DNA of 64,000 nucleotides from Escherichia coli O157:H7 (GTDB lineage Bacteria; Pseudomonadota; Gammaproteobacteria; Enterobacterales; Enterobacteriaceae): NCBI RefSeq assembly GCF_013167455.1, contig NZ_CP038328.1; one strand, 5' to 3'. Shown piece by piece: positions 38,299 to 49,791 of this stretch (position 1 is its first letter; each line of letters starts with the position of its first letter). The notes under the pieces were generated by a model. It saw only the letters and a program-made list of their open reading frames with translations, ran no database searches and was not told where the DNA came from. The position numbers and the translations under genes were made by a program.

Positions 38299-39992
38299 AG
38301 CAATAACGTAGCCTGTGAGGCGACTGGGGTGCGTTGGTTAGGAATGTAAAACGCAATTTCCGTTCCTGGTTCCAGGCGGCGGATATGCAGCCCCTCGCCA
38401 TACAATAACTTCACGCGATGATGGACATTCAGCAGGCCAATTTTATTGCCCGGCATTTCATTCGCTTCGACCCGCTCAATCACCTTTGGATCGATGCCGT
38501 GCCCGGTATCCCGCACCGCAATGCGTACCCGATTGCCGCACTCTGCAACGCTGATGGTGACAACGCCTTTACCTTTGCAAGGCTGGATACCGTGGACAAT
38601 GGCATTCTCCACCAACGGCTGGATCAGCAGGCTGGGAATGCAGCAATTCACCTCTTCATCAATATCATAGATAACCGTCAGCTTGTCGCCAAAGCGGGCC
38701 TGCTCAATGGCAATATAGTCTTTAATTTGATACAGCTCTTTTTTGATATCGATTTGCTCATCGTCTTTTAATTCAATGTTATAGCGCAGATAACGCGACA
38801 GATTAAAGATCAGCTGGCGAGCGGTATCCGGATTCAGACGGATCGACGATGAAATAGCGTTCAAAGCGTTAAACAGGAAATGGGGATTAATTTTGCTTTG
38901 CAGGGCGCGAAGCTCTGCCTTATTTGCCATTTCACGTAGCTGCTCGGCGCGTGAAACCTCCAGTTGCGTGGAGATGATTTGCGACAGACCAACCGCCATT
39001 TCCTGTAATGACGAGGTTATCTGATGCGCGTGGCAGTAGTAAATTTTCAGCGTTCCGGTCACAACGCCTTTCTCCCACAATGGGATCACCAGCATGGAAT
39101 GAATCTCTGGTGTGCGGTGGGCTTCATCATTGTTTTTAATGATGATTTTTCCGTAATTCATCGCCTGACGGGTAGTCGGGCTAATGAAGTCATCGCCATT
39201 CTGATAGTTATGTTCACCCACACCAACATAGGCCAGCACATGATCGGTATTGGTAATCGCCACCGCATCGGCGTGAATGTCATCGCGAATAATTTCACAA
39301 ACTTTGCGTAATGACTCGCTATTGACATGGCGAAACAGAGGTAGCGTTTTGTTGGCGATATCCAGCGCCAACTTGGCCTGCCGCGCGGCGCTGGCCTCTT
39401 TTTCGCCCTCAACGCTTTGCACTAGAAGCACAATAAAGCCGATACAGACGCTGCCGAGGATCATTGGAATCCCGATTTTAGAGACGATATCGATCCCCAA
39501 CGCGGTAGTTGGTGCCCAGACAATCACCAGAATCATGGTCAACGTTTCACACAACATGCCGCCGAGAATACCGACGCGCCAGCGCTGTGCTTTGGGGATT
39601 TTCAGGTTGATCCAGCCCGATATACAACCAGCCAGAATGCTGGTGATAAAGCAGGGGATCGCCGTCACGCCACCGATATCAATTAAATAACGATGAATAC
39701 CCGCAATCACGCCGGTAATGATGCCCACCCACGGGCCAAACAGAATCCCGCCGGACATCACCGCGATAATACGTACGTTCACCAGCGAGCCTTCTACGGG
39801 AACGCCGGACCAGGTGCTGAAGAGGGCGAACAGCGAGAAAATGGCGGTAACGGCGAGCAACTCTTTCGGTGAGTGTGCCGACTTGTGCAACAGTTCGCGA
39901 AACAGGCGGATACGGATGAGAAAGAACAGGCAGATAAGCATTAACGCTGCCCGATCGAAGACCGCCAGCAGCATGTTGAATATTTCGTGCAC
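38295..39992 (-). CDS. ypdA: Sensor histidine kinase (LytS-type 5TM + GAF + HisKA/HATPase)
   Basis: 565 aa; multi-TM N-terminus, His-kinase region ([11 protein letters not shown]) and ATPase motifs; overlaps ypdB start. Confidence 0.9.
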
Positions 39993-40368
39993 GGGTGACT
40001 CTGAATAAGGATTAAACCTCTATGATAGGTAACCTGAAGGCTGATGACCAGCAGGCCGTTTTTGAGGAAAAACCACAATTTTAAAAGGGGATTGATAGAT
40101 AAATGGTGTATTAGCAATGCATCTCTTGATAATGCACTTCTGGTTAGTAAATTTATTGAAATTATTATGTTAATAAAATGAGTGGTAATTTTCTTGTTAG
40201 CGCAGATAAATTTCCTGTTTTTAAAGCAGAGTTCCTCATTTAACGTCATTAATAAAAATGTTCTAAAACGCTGGACAGACAGAAATTAATCAGGCTATTT
40301 TCAAAACAGCCACCATCGTGGCAGCGTCGCTCGGACGGTCCGGGCGCTAACGTTAATCTGAGGAAATT

Positions 40369-41607
40369 ATGGCTGACACTCGCCCTGAACGTCGCTTTAC
40401 GCGCATTGATCGTCTCCCGCCCTACGTTTTTAACATCACCGCTGAACTGAAAATGGCTGCGCGTCGGCGCGGCGAAGATATTATCGATTTCAGCATGGGT
40501 AACCCGGACGGTGCGACTCCGCCGCATATCGTCGAAAAATTATGTACTGTGGCCCAGCGTCCGGACACGCATGGTTACTCCACTTCACGCGGCATTCCGC
40601 GGTTACGTCGCGCCATTTCCCGCTGGTATCAGGATCGCTACGACGTTGAAATCGATCCGGAATCAGAAGCCATCGTCACCATTGGTTCGAAAGAAGGGCT
40701 GGCACACCTGATGCTGGCGACGCTGGATCATGGTGACACGGTGCTGGTGCCGAATCCAAGCTACCCGATCCATATTTATGGCGCGGTGATTGCCGGGGCG
40801 CAGGTACGCTCAGTGCCGCTGGTGGAAGGTGTCGATTTCTTCAACGAACTGGAGCGCGCCATTCTTGAAAGTTATCCGAAACCGAAGATGATGATCCTCG
40901 GCTTCCCGTCAAACCCAACCGCGCAATGCGTGGAACTGGAGTTCTTCGAAAAAGTAGTGGCGCTGGCGAAACGCTACGATGTGCTGGTGGTCCATGACCT
41001 GGCCTATGCCGATATCGTCTACGATGGCTGGAAAGCGCCGTCAATCATGCAGGTACCGGGTGCACGCGATGTGGCAGTCGAGTTCTTTACGCTGTCGAAA
41101 AGCTACAACATGGCGGGCTGGCGTATCGGCTTTATGGTCGGCAACAAAACGCTGGTCAGTGCCCTGGCGCGAATCAAAAGCTATCACGATTACGGCACTT
41201 TTACGCCGTTGCAGGTGGCGGCGATTGCGGCGCTGGAGGGCGATCAACAGTGCGTGCGCGACATTGCCGAACAGTACAAACGCCGCCGCGATGTATTGGT
41301 TAAAGGGCTGCATGAAGCGGGCTGGATGGTCGAAATGCCGAAGGCTTCGATGTATGTCTGGGCGAAAATCCCGGAACCATATGCGGCCATGGGATCGCTG
41401 GAATTTGCCAAGAAGCTCCTTAACGAAGCGAAGGTCTGTGTCTCTCCAGGGATTGGCTTTGGTGACTACGGCGACACGCATGTTCGCTTTGCACTGATTG
41501 AAAACCGCGACCGTATTCGTCAGGCGATTCGTGGGATTAAAGCGATGTTCCGTGCCGACGGTTTACTACCCGCCAGCAGCAAACATATTCACGAAAACGC
41601 GGAATAA
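40369..41607 (+). CDS. alaC: Glutamate-pyruvate aminotransferase AlaC (PLP-dependent, class I)
   Basis: 412 aa; aminotransferase class I/II fold with [15 protein letters not shown]-lysine region. Confidence 0.9.
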   Translation: MADTRPERRFTRIDRLPPYVFNITAELKMAARRRGEDIIDFSMGNPDGATPPHIVEKLCTVAQRPDTHGYSTSRGIPRLRRAISRWYQDRYDVEIDPESEAIVTIGSKEGLAHLMLATLDHGDTVLVPNPSYPIHIYGAVIAGAQVRSVPLVEGVDFFNELERAILESYPKPKMMILGFPSNPTAQCVELEFFEKVVALAKRYDVLVVHDLAYADIVYDGWKAPSIMQVPGARDVAVEFFTLSKSYNMAGWRIGFMVGNKTLVSALARIKSYHDYGTFTPLQVAAIAALEGDQQCVRDIAEQYKRRRDVLVKGLHEAGWMVEMPKASMYVWAKIPEPYAAMGSLEFAKKLLNEAKVCVSPGIGFGDYGDTHVRFALIENRDRIRQAIRGIKAMFRADGLLPASSKHIHENAE

Positions 41608-41628
41608 ACACCGTCGTCAGAAATGCAA

Positions 41629-41656
41629 ACAGGAGCCTGATGGCTCCTGTTTTTCA
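41629..41656 (+). terminator. Rho-independent terminator downstream of alaC
   Basis: aaacaggagcctgatggctcctgttttt. Confidence 0.75.
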
Positions 41657-41671
41657 TTGCACAGTTTGCTT

Positions 41672-41743
41672 TTAGATCATCAGGGCAAAAGTACCGGCCC
41701 AAACGATGACCATAAAAGAAATGCCCATAAAGAAATATTTCAC
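41672..41743 (-). CDS. ypdK: Small membrane protein YpdK (23 aa)
   Basis: minus-strand reading gives (M)KYFFMGISFMVIVWAGTFALMI from a GTG start at 41741-41743 to a TAA stop; found by manual translation, not in the ORF track. Confidence 0.6.
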   Translation of the reverse strand: MKYFFMGISFMVIVWAGTFALMI

Positions 41744-42098
41744 TTTACATCTCTCCGCGTAATTACGGTTACGCCTGAATGACTTCATCACACCTGATAC
41801 AGTGAGTTGACACCGGGCAAAACGACCTTAAAAGTCCTGTATTTTACCGTGGGCATCACCCCAGAATTCTGAGCTAAACTGCTCGAGACGGCGCTAATGT
41901 ACGCCTAAAACTGAAACGAGACAAGAGGCATTTTCTTATTTACTTTTAGTAACTTACAGGTGTCTCATATCGGCGACAGTTTAATTTCTGGCGGTAATAA
42001 TTAGATATTCAGCGAAGGAAAAAATCTTAAGAAAAAAGCCATAAAAACCATGAGGTTATTATGGCCGATTTGAGGAGGGAAAGAGTAAGAGCAGTTTG

Positions 42099-43019
42099 TT
42101 AAATGTACAACGACGATTCTCCCACCGGGCGCGTTTTAAAGCGACGGTGGATCCAGAGGTACTGCTCCGGTGCGCGCATGATCTCTTTCTCGATAATCTT
42201 GTTCATATAGGCAGCGGCTTGATTTTCATCTGTCGGGTAGCCTTCCATCTCTGGGGTGATGAACAAACGATATCCGCTGTAATCCGCTTTTCTTACCATC
42301 GTTACGGTCAACATGGCTGCGCCAGAGAGACGGGAGAGAACATAGGTGCCATTGGTTGTGGCGACATTTTCCACCGCAAAGAACGGCGCGAAGGAGCTGC
42401 CTTTACGACCATAATCCTGATCGGGAGCAAACCATACCGCTTCACCTTTCTTCAGTGCACCGACAATGCCGCGCAGATTATTTCTGCCGATCATCGCTTT
42501 GTTAGAGCGCATGCGCCCACGGGTCTGCACCCATTCCATCAGCTGATTATTATGTGGACGATAGGTAGCCATCATTGGCTGACAAAGTCCCATCACGCGG
42601 CCGCCCAGTTCCAGCGACATAAAATGGACGCCGACAACCATTACGCCGCGATTTTGCATTTGTGCGCGTTTAAGGTTATCCAGCCCTTCAACATCAAACC
42701 ATTTACGTACGCGACTGTCGGGCCAGAACCACGCCATGCCGGTTTCTACCAGAGCCATGCCGAGTGAACGAAAGTTTTCGGCAATCATCTTCTCGCGTTC
42801 TTCCGCAGAATGCTGCGGGAAGCAAAGTTCCAGGTTTTTACGGGCGATAGATTCACGCCGTTTCAGGAATGGTCGCGCCATTGCGCCAATACGCGTGCCG
42901 AGAAAGCAGAGAACAGGATAAGGAAGCTGTACCCAAAGCCAGAGTACACCAAGCCCAAACCATGTGAGCCAGTAGCGAGGATGTAGAAACTCGCGGGAAA
43001 ATTTGCATTGTGGAAACAT
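42099..43019 (-). CDS. lpxP: Lipid A palmitoleoyl-ACP acyltransferase (cold-induced LpxL paralogue)
   Basis: ORF 42099..43085; start placed at MFPQCKFSREFLHPRYWLTWFGLGVLW (306 aa); LpxL/LpxM/LpxP acyltransferase family. Confidence 0.88.
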   Translation of the reverse strand: MFPQCKFSREFLHPRYWLTWFGLGVLWLWVQLPYPVLCFLGTRIGAMARPFLKRRESIARKNLELCFPQHSAEEREKMIAENFRSLGMALVETGMAWFWPDSRVRKWFDVEGLDNLKRAQMQNRGVMVVGVHFMSLELGGRVMGLCQPMMATYRPHNNQLMEWVQTRGRMRSNKAMIGRNNLRGIVGALKKGEAVWFAPDQDYGRKGSSFAPFFAVENVATTNGTYVLSRLSGAAMLTVTMVRKADYSGYRLFITPEMEGYPTDENQAAAYMNKIIEKEIMRAPEQYLWIHRRFKTRPVGESSLYI

Positions 43020-43371
43020 AGTTACCTTCTGTAGATACGAATTGTTGTATCGCAGAAGATTCCATGTCGACAGCGGTACACTCAATTGGTTGGGCCATCA
43101 TGTACGACAATGGTTCCTGTAAAGAGTGTAAAGACTAGTCAGGACATAACCACGAGGAGCATGAATGCGGTATCTGTACTTTATCACTGGCTGACTGCTT
43201 TCAGCTACTGATTATTAATCGTGCAAAGTAAAAAATTTTCCGCACGCAATAGTATTGCATTTAACATGCTGTTTTCATTGACGCTTAGCAAAAATTGCCA
43301 GAGGTTAAGGATTGTCTTACTATTAAAGTGACTGAAGTTACAGGTTTTTTAGCGCGGCAGGAGGTTGAGCT

Positions 43372-43614
43372 ATGTTTTATTTATGGATGTTTCTCGCCCT
43401 GTGTATTGTCTGCGTAAGCGGATACATCGGTCAGGTACTGAACGTGGTATCGGCGGTCTCTTCTTTCTTCGGCATGGTGATCCTCGCTGCACTCATTTAT
43501 TACTTCACCATGTGGTTAACTGGCGGTAATGAACTGGTGACGGGGATATTTATGTTTCTTGCCCCGGCTTGTGGCTTGATGATTCGCTTTATGGTGGGGT
43601 ATGGCAGGAGATAG
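43372..43614 (+). CDS. yfdY: Small inner membrane protein YfdY (DUF2545)
   Basis: 80 aa with two hydrophobic segments, MFYLWMFLALCIVCVSGYIG... Confidence 0.75.
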   Translation: MFYLWMFLALCIVCVSGYIGQVLNVVSAVSSFFGMVILAALIYYFTMWLTGGNELVTGIFMFLAPACGLMIRFMVGYGRR

Positions 43615-43690
43615 TGGGTCAGGATGGTTCATTTGGGCAGGTGTTCACATCAGCATCAGACATGATTGTTCACCTGCCAGGTGACAGACG

Positions 43691-43966
43691 CTATCGCACA
43701 GGATGAATAAGATAATTCGCCTTTGTCGGAAAAGGGGGCGTGGTTTCTTCTGTGAGGTTTAATGGTGGTGCATCTTCTCTCATCTTAAACAAAATCGCCT
43801 GTGATGGCTGAAATTTTGTAGAGTGAGTTGTCGTCATCGCTGACGTTTTTTCTGGCTCTTTATAGCTCGTCTCACTACCACCACCAGAATTAGAAAATGC
43901 AAAAACATTGCATGCCATAATAGAGACCAATAAAAATAAGCTAAAAAGTATTAAGTTTACTTTCAT
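43691..43966 (-). CDS. ypdI: Small lipoprotein YpdI
   Basis: 91 aa; signal peptide with lipobox (LLVSIMAC); divergent from yfdX. Confidence 0.75.
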   Translation of the reverse strand: MKVNLILFSLFLLVSIMACNVFAFSNSGGGSETSYKEPEKTSAMTTTHSTKFQPSQAILFKMREDAPPLNLTEETTPPFPTKANYLIHPVR

Positions 43967-44108
43967 AGAAAGTTATCCTGAAAATGGTTCACTGAGAATG
44001 TACGATGTTATGGCTGTATTTACATATAATTAATCAATATTTACATCGATATAATAAATGACATCTCTTTGTGGTACATAAGAATAGTTCTCTGTGACAG
44101 GAAGCATA

Positions 44109-44165
44109 TTCCTACAATTGTAAGACTAAAATACTTCTTGCGATAATAACTACAACTGTAAGATA
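44109..44165. promoter_or_regulatory. Two EvgA-box-like inverted repeats upstream of yfdX
   Basis: TTCCTACAATTGTAAGAC (44109-44126) and AACTACAACTGTAAGATA (44148-44165) fit the EvgA consensus TTCYTACA-N2-TGTARGAA. Confidence 0.6.
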
Positions 44166-44261
44166 ACCCTTTCAAAATGACCGTTGCTCTCTGATTTCTC
44201 ATTTCATGCTCACCCAATATGATGGCGGCGTTTTCTAAAACTGTTAAAGAATGAGGTAAGT

Positions 44262-44897
44262 ATGAAACGTTTAATTATGGCTACGATGGTCACAGCTATT
44301 CTGGCATCTTCAACTGTATGGGCTGCTGATAATGCTCCGGTAGCGGCACAACAGCAAACTCAGCAAGTTCAGCAAACCCAGAAAACGGCAGCTGCAGCAG
44401 AGCGTATCTCTGAACAAGGTTTATATGCGATGCGTGACGTGCAGGTAGCGCGCCTGGCTCTGTTTCATGGCGATCCGGAAAAGGCAAAAGAACTGACCAA
44501 TGAAGCTTCAGCTTTGTTGTCAGATGACAGTACCGAATGGGCAAAGTTCGCTAAGCCAGGTAAAAAGACCAATGTCAATGATGACCAATATATTGTCATT
44601 AATGCATCTGTCGGAATTTCTGAGAGTTATGTAGCGACACCCGAAAAAGAAGCCGCGATAAAAATTGCCAATGAAAAAATGGCGAAAGGGGATAAAAAGG
44701 GCGCAATGGAAGAGCTTCGCCTGGCCGGTGTTGGTGTAATGGAAAACCAATATCTGATGCCGCTTAAACAGACTCGTAATGCACTTGCTGATGCGCAGAA
44801 ACTGCTTGATAAAAAGCAATACTACGAGGCAAACCTGGCGCTTAAAGGTGCGGAAGATGGAATCATCGTCGATAGCGAAGCACTGTTTGTGAACTAA
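44262..44897 (+). CDS. yfdX: Periplasmic protein YfdX (EvgA-regulated)
   Basis: 211 aa with signal peptide [21 protein letters not shown]. Confidence 0.85.
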
Positions 44898-45140
44898 TGC
44901 TGACAGGCAGTATATTGAGGTAAAGGATTTAACTCCCTCCAGCCGACAATTTTTTATGACCACAATACGACAGGTTGTGGTCATAAAATTATTTGGCGCT
45001 CGCTGTTCTATAAACTCGCATTTTATATTCCTCAAAGTAAACCGCAATAATCCCGTGTCATCACAAATCATTTAATATGTTATATTTTATGGTACGCTCT
45101 AAAAAGCGTAATCATACCCTTACTTGTAAATCACCGGCGC

Positions 45141-45158
45141 TTCTTACAGTTGTAAGAA
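45141..45158. promoter_or_regulatory. EvgA-box-like inverted repeat upstream of frc
   Basis: TTCTTACAGTTGTAAGAA, a perfect palindromic match to the EvgA box consensus. Confidence 0.6.
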
Positions 45159-45409
45159 TAACATCACAAATGTCGCGACTCTCTCTGATTACCACGAACC
45201 AATATTTATCATATTCTTCTTTTCGTCCTCACTACTTACCATGCAGAAAGGAATTGGAAGTAGCGATGAAATGATTTTCAGCACTTGATACAGGAATTTA
45301 AAAATATCGAGTGCCGCTATGACGATATTTTGCGGATTATTTATAGAGGGCGTTATGCCTTAAATAAACGCTAAATTAACACATATTTAATTAACTAATA
45401 GGTATTGCT

Positions 45410-47974
45410 ATGTCAACTCCACTTCAAGGAATTAAAGTTCTCGATTTCACCGGTGTGCAATCTGGCCCATCTTGTACTCAAATGCTGGCCTGGTTTGGCG
45501 CTGACGTCATTAAAATTGAACGCCCCGGCGTTGGTGACGTAACGCGTCACCAGCTGCGAGATATTCCTGATATCGATGCGCTTTACTTCACCATGCTTAA
45601 CAGTAACAAACGTTCTATTGAGTTAAATACCAAAACAGCGGAAGGCAAAGAGGTAATGGAAAAGCTGATCTGAACCGCCCCGGGTTTCCTGGAGAGTGTT
45701 TTATCTGTGAACTCAGGCTGCCAGATCATCGTTTCCGATGGAAGCATAATAAGCTTTTTCTGCTTCTGCCGGAGGAGTATGGCCCAGCCTTCCCAGCAAT
45801 CGTCGATTGTTATACCAGTCCACCCACGTTAGTGTGGCCAGTTCCACTTCTGCACGGTTTTTCCAGCTCTTACGGTGTATTACCTCCGCTTTGTAAAGAC
45901 CATTGATGCTCTCAGCCATCGCGTTGTCATACGAGTCGCCTGTACTCCCTGTTGATGCCAGTAATCCGGCTTCTTTTAGTCGCTCCGTATAGGCCAGTGA
46001 CACATACTGAGAGCCTTTATCGCTGTGATGGATGGTGCCAGACGGACGACGGGCCCACAACGCCTGCTCCAGCGCATCCAGCACGAATGTCGTTTCCATA
46101 GACGATGAGACCCGCCACCCCACGATGTATCCGGCAAACACATCAATGATAAACGCCACATAGACGAAGCCCTGCCATGTGCTGACGTAAGTAAAATCAG
46201 CCACCCACAGCTGGTCAGGTCGTTCTGCCACGAACTGACGGTTTACGCGGTCGCCTGCGGCAACGGCTTTCCGGCTGATGGTCGTACGGACCTTTTTACC
46301 CCGGAGAACACCGGCAAGTCCCATAACCGCCATGAGACGTGCCACTGTACATCTGGCCACCCTGATTCCTTCCCGTAACAACTGACGCCAGACTTTACGC
46401 ACACCGTACACCTGATGATTTTCATCGTATACGCGCTGTATCTCTCTCTTCAGCCAGTCGTCGTGCTGCGCACGGGCACTGCGTTTATCCGGATGATGTC
46501 GCTGTTGCTGACAATGGTAATACGTTGACGGGGCAATATGCAGTTCGCTGCATACCGGTCCGACCCCGTACTGCTCACGCAGCTTATCCAGCAGTGGCAT
46601 CATTTTTTCCAGAGGCGGTCGAACTCCGCCTTCGCAAAATAAGCGGAAGCCTGGCGAAGGATATCGTTACTGCGGCGCAGTTCACGATTTTCACGTTCCA
46701 GCTCTTTCAGACGCTGACGTTCAGCGCTGGTGAGCCCACCATCACCGCCCCCGGTATCCCGCTCATGCTGGCGAACCCAGACACGCAGAGTCTCCGGCGT
46801 ACAGCCAATCTTTGGGGCAATGGAACAAATTGCCGCCCACTGTGAGTCATATTCATCCTGACTTTCCAGAACCATACGAATCGCCCGCTGACGGACTTCG
46901 GGGGAAAAACGAGTATTTTTAGTCATCCTGTTTACCTCTTTCTCAGGGAGTTTAGTCTCCAGGATTTCCGGGGCGGTTCAGATCCGCGAAGCTGATATCT
47001 TAGTCGAGAACTTTCATCCAGGGGCCATTGATCACATGGGCTTCACCTGGGAGCATATTCAAGAAATCAATCCACGTCTGATTTTTGGTTCGATCAAAGG
47101 GTTTGATGAGTGTTCGCCTTATGTGAATGTAAAAGCCTATGAAAACGTTGCTCAGGCAGCGGGTGGCGCGGCATCCACTACGGGTTTTTGGGACGGTCCG
47201 CCGCTGGTAAGCGCTGCAGCGTTGGGTGACAGCAACACCGGAATGCATTTACTGATCGGTTTACTTGCTGCTTTGCTGCATCGCGAAAAAACGGGGCGTG
47301 GGCAACGAGTCACCATGTCAATGCAGGATGCCGTATTGAACCTTTGCCGCGTGAAATTACGCGACCAGCAGCGTCTCGATAAATTGGGTTATCTGGAAGA
47401 ATACCCGCAGTATCCGAATGGCACATTTGGTGATGCAGTTCCCCGCGGAGGTAATGCGGGTGGTGGCGGTCAGCCTGGCTGGATCCTGAAATGTAAAGGC
47501 TGGGAAACTGATCCTAACGCCTATATTTATTTCACTATTCAGGAGCAAAACTGGGAAAACACCTGTAAAGCCATCGGCAAACCAGATTGGATTACCGATC
47601 CGGCATACAGTACAGCCCATGCCCGACAGCCACATATTTTCGATATTTTTGCTGAAATCGAAAAATACACTGTCACTATTGATAAACATGAAGCAGTGGC
47701 TTATTTGACTCAGTTTGATATTCCTTGTGCACCGGTTTTAAGTATGAAAGAAATTTCACTTGATCCCTCTTTACGCCAAAGCGGCAGTGTTGTCGAAGTG
47801 GAACAACCATTGCGTGGAAAATATCTGACAGTTGGTTGTCCAATGAAATTCTCTGCCTTTACGCCGGATATTAAAGCTGCGCCTCTATTAGGTGAACATA
47901 CCGCTGCGGTATTGCAGGAGCTGGGTTATAGCGACGATGAAATTGCTGCAATGAAGCAAAACCACGCCATCTGA
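45410..47974 (+). pseudogene. frc: Formyl-CoA:oxalate CoA-transferase gene frc (yfdW) disrupted by IS629
   Basis: N-terminal 87 codons (45410..45670, ...EVMEKLI) and the remainder (46981..47974, starting within [24 protein letters not shown]...) are separated by a 1310-bp IS; the reading frame is continuous once the IS and one TSD copy are removed. Confidence 0.88.
45671..46980 (-). mobile_element. IS629 (IS3 family), copy B, 1310 bp
   Basis: terminal IRs TGAACCGCCCCGGGTTTCC...GGATTTCCGGGGCGGTTCA; orfB 45713..46603, orfA 46600..46926 ([29 protein letters not shown]...); flanked by GATC/ATC duplication. Confidence 0.9.
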
Positions 47975-48027
47975 TATTAACGGGGGCTTCTGGCTCCCAA
48001 TTTATAAAAATTTCGAGGTTATTAATC

Positions 48028-49722
48028 ATGTCAGATCAACTTCAAATGACAGATGGTATGCATATCATCGTTGAAGCATTAAAACAGAATAATATTGACA
48101 CTATTTATGGTGTTGTAGGTATTCCTGTGACGGATATGGCGCGCCATGCCCAGGCGGAAGGCATTCGTTATATTGGTTTTCGTCATGAGCAGTCGGCAGG
48201 CTATGCCGCTGCGGCAAGCGGTTTTCTTACCCAAAAACCAGGGATCTGCCTGACAGTGTCTGCGCCAGGATTCCTCAATGGTTTGACCGCATTGGCCAAC
48301 GCAACGGTAAATGGTTTTCCGATGATCATGATTAGCGGCTCCAGCGACCGCGCGATCGTCGACCTACAGCAAGGTGATTATGAAGAGCTGGACCAAATGA
48401 ATGCGGCAAAACCGTATGCCAAAGCAGCATTTCGCGTTAATCAGCCGCAGGATCTTGGCATTGCATTGGCACGCGCTATCCGGGTCTCAGTATCGGGTCG
48501 CCCTGGCGGAGTTTATCTTGATTTGCCAGCAAATGTCCTGGCCGCGACGATGGAAAAAGACGAAGCGTTAACCACGATTGTAAAAGTTGAAAATCCGTCG
48601 CCAGCATTATTGCCATGCCCGAAGTCAGTCACTAGCGCAATTTCGCTTTTAGCAAAAGCTGAACGGCCATTAATTATCCTTGGCAAAGGCGCGGCGTATT
48701 CACAAGCTGACGAACAGCTTCGTGAATTTATTGAAAGTGCCCAGATTCCATTCCTGCCAATGTCTATGGCGAAAGGGATCCTCGAAGATACGCATCCACT
48801 TTCTGCGGCAGCTGCGCGTTCGTTTGCCCTGGCAAATGCTGACGTTGTCATGCTTGTTGGTGCACGACTGAATTGGTTACTGGCACACGGTAAAAAAGGA
48901 TGGGCGGCAGATACACAGTTTATTCAACTGGATATTGAACCGCAGGAAATTGACAGCAACCGCCCCATTGCTGTGCCAGTCGTTGGCGATATTGCATCCA
49001 GTATGCAAGGTATGCTGGCAGAGCTGAAACAAAACACATTTACGACTCCACTGGTATGGCGCGATATTTTAAATATCCACAAGCAGCAAAATGCACAAAA
49101 AATGCATGAAAAATTAAGTACAGATACCCAACCATTAAATTACTTTAATGCATTAAGTGCTGTGCGCGATGTATTGCGTGAGAACCAGGATATTTATTTA
49201 GTTAATGAAGGTGCAAATACCCTGGATAATGCACGAAATATTATTGATATGTATAAACCACGTCGTCGTCTGGATTGTGGTACCTGGGGTGTCATGGGCA
49301 TCGGTATGGGCTATGCCATCGGTGCTAGCGTGACCTCTGGTTCTCCGGTTGTCGCCATTGAAGGTGATAGTGCTTTTGGTTTCAGTGGGATGGAAATTGA
49401 AACGATTTGTCGATATAACCTGCCGGTAACGATCGTTATTTTTAATAATGGCGGCATCTACAGAGGAGACGGTGTTGATCTCAGTGGCGCTGGTGCACCA
49501 TCACCAACAGATCTGTTGCACCATGCAAGGTATGACAAATTAATGGATGCGTTTCGTGGCGTTGGCTATAACGTCACCACGACAGATGAACTTCGTCATG
49601 CTTTAACCACCGGTATTCAGTCGCGCAAACCGACCATTATTAATGTGGTCATCGACCCTGCAGCAGGAACTGAAAGTGGCCATATTACCAAACTTAACCC
49701 AAAACAAGTCGCTGGTAATTAA
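48028..49722 (+). CDS. oxc: Oxalyl-CoA decarboxylase (ThDP-dependent)
   Basis: 564 aa; ThDP-binding fold; downstream of frc. Confidence 0.92.
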   Translation: MSDQLQMTDGMHIIVEALKQNNIDTIYGVVGIPVTDMARHAQAEGIRYIGFRHEQSAGYAAAASGFLTQKPGICLTVSAPGFLNGLTALANATVNGFPMIMISGSSDRAIVDLQQGDYEELDQMNAAKPYAKAAFRVNQPQDLGIALARAIRVSVSGRPGGVYLDLPANVLAATMEKDEALTTIVKVENPSPALLPCPKSVTSAISLLAKAERPLIILGKGAAYSQADEQLREFIESAQIPFLPMSMAKGILEDTHPLSAAAARSFALANADVVMLVGARLNWLLAHGKKGWAADTQFIQLDIEPQEIDSNRPIAVPVVGDIASSMQGMLAELKQNTFTTPLVWRDILNIHKQQNAQKMHEKLSTDTQPLNYFNALSAVRDVLRENQDIYLVNEGANTLDNARNIIDMYKPRRRLDCGTWGVMGIGMGYAIGASVTSGSPVVAIEGDSAFGFSGMEIETICRYNLPVTIVIFNNGGIYRGDGVDLSGAGAPSPTDLLHHARYDKLMDAFRGVGYNVTTTDELRHALTTGIQSRKPTIINVVIDPAAGTESGHITKLNPKQVAGN

Positions 49723-49791
49723 ATACTGACATCGTCTCCTCTTGCCAACTCATTATGCGATGGTGAGGGGACCCTTATCGGAAATACTATT

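Noticed and set aside
42853..43110. 85-aa ORF overlapping the lpxP 5' end, and the N-terminal extension of the lpxP ORF
   Set aside because: The LpxP N-terminus MFPQCKF... marks a start at 43019; upstream extensions are reading-frame artefacts.
45077..45274. 65-aa ORF in the yfdX-frc intergenic region
   Set aside because: AT-rich promoter region containing the EvgA box; no RBS or domain; more likely regulatory DNA.
46525..46845. 106-aa ORFs antisense to IS629 orfA (also at 18719..19039 and 59756..60076)
   Set aside because: They recur in every IS629 copy as the opposite-strand frame of orfA; no evidence of a separate gene.
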